64,000 bases of DNA, taken from contig CAWCRS010000005.1 of the NCBI GenBank assembly GCA_963798085.1, positions 128,001 to 192,000 of the forward strand. Direction: 5' to 3'. Source of the stretch: an uncultured Gemmatimonadales bacterium. GTDB lineage: Bacteria > Gemmatimonadota > Gemmatimonadetes > Longimicrobiales > RSA9. Position 1 is the first letter of the stretch. The number at the start of each line of letters is the position of its first letter. Shown one piece after another: positions 63,678-64,000 of the stretch. Made by a program: the position numbers and the translations under genes. The notes below the pieces were generated by a model. It saw nothing but the letters and a program-made list of their open reading frames with translations. It was not told the DNA's origin and made no database searches.

Positions 63678-63751
63678 GCGCCCGTAGCTCAACTGGATAG
63701 AGCGTTGGACTACGGATCCAAAGGTTGGGGGTTCGACTCCCTCCGGGCGCG
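63678..63751 (+). tRNA. tRNA-Arg (ACG)
   Basis: Cloverleaf; TTGGA-CTACGGA-TCCAA. Confidence 0.95.
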
Positions 63752-63794
63752 TGCAGTGTCGCGACCAGCGCGGGCTCGCCCCGCGTCGCGAAGA

Positions 63795-63878
63795 GGTGGG
63801 GTACCGAAGCGGCCAAACGGGACAGACTGTAAATCTGTTGGCCCAGCGCCTTCGAAGGTTCGAATCCTTCCCCCACCA
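63795..63878 (+). tRNA. tRNA-Tyr (GTA)
   Basis: Long variable arm; ACAGA-CTGTAAA-TCTGT. Confidence 0.95.
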
Positions 63879-63909
63879 TTGGGGCGCAGACCGGCCCCGC
63901 GTCCGCTCG

Positions 63910-63983
63910 GGGCGCGTAGCTCAGCTGGTTAGAGCGCTACGTTGACATCGTAGAGGTCAGAGGTTCGAGTCCTCTCGCGCCCA
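63910..63983 (+). tRNA. tRNA-Val (GAC)
   Basis: Cloverleaf; CTACG-TTGACAT-CGTAG. Confidence 0.95.
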
Positions 63984-64000
63984 TGCACCATTCGGGGCTG

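Overview
GC-rich bacterial chromosomal segment, mostly housekeeping genes. Gene content suggests Gemmatimonadota (Longimicrobiales-like), but that is an inference. Order: dnaE (3' end)-accA-PSP1/ricT-metG, M23 peptidase, fadJ-like, a DsbA/VKOR cluster, mtgA, DmpA and C26 peptidases, Ser/Thr dehydratase, gyrA, a divergent-type membrane pyrophosphatase (hppA), TonB-like protein, an amidohydrolase pair, GT2, uvrA, a complete his operon (G, fused D-C, H, A, B, F, N, IE), MCP, ABC transporter, waaA, acyltransferase, an orphan adenine methyltransferase, an amidohydrolase triplet, a LuxR regulator, leuS, and a one-strand array of at least 14 tRNA genes that runs off the window end. Many genes, including essential gyrA, are broken by small indels; these most likely reflect sequencing or assembly error, so claims about fusions and frameshifts need care. 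No CRISPR array, integrase, transposase or defence island was seen. The best leads are: (1) an unannotated, apparently leaderless His-rich leader peptide with a terminator/antiterminator pair upstream of hisG; (2) the tRNA array, which contains a 74-75 bp palindromic tandem repeat and a switch-like spacer after tRNA-fMet; (3) an in-frame HisD-HisC fusion; (4) two amidohydrolase operons that each pair one catalytic subunit with degenerate ones; (5) a shared ATCCGTTGA-like motif clustered at two convergent gene junctions.
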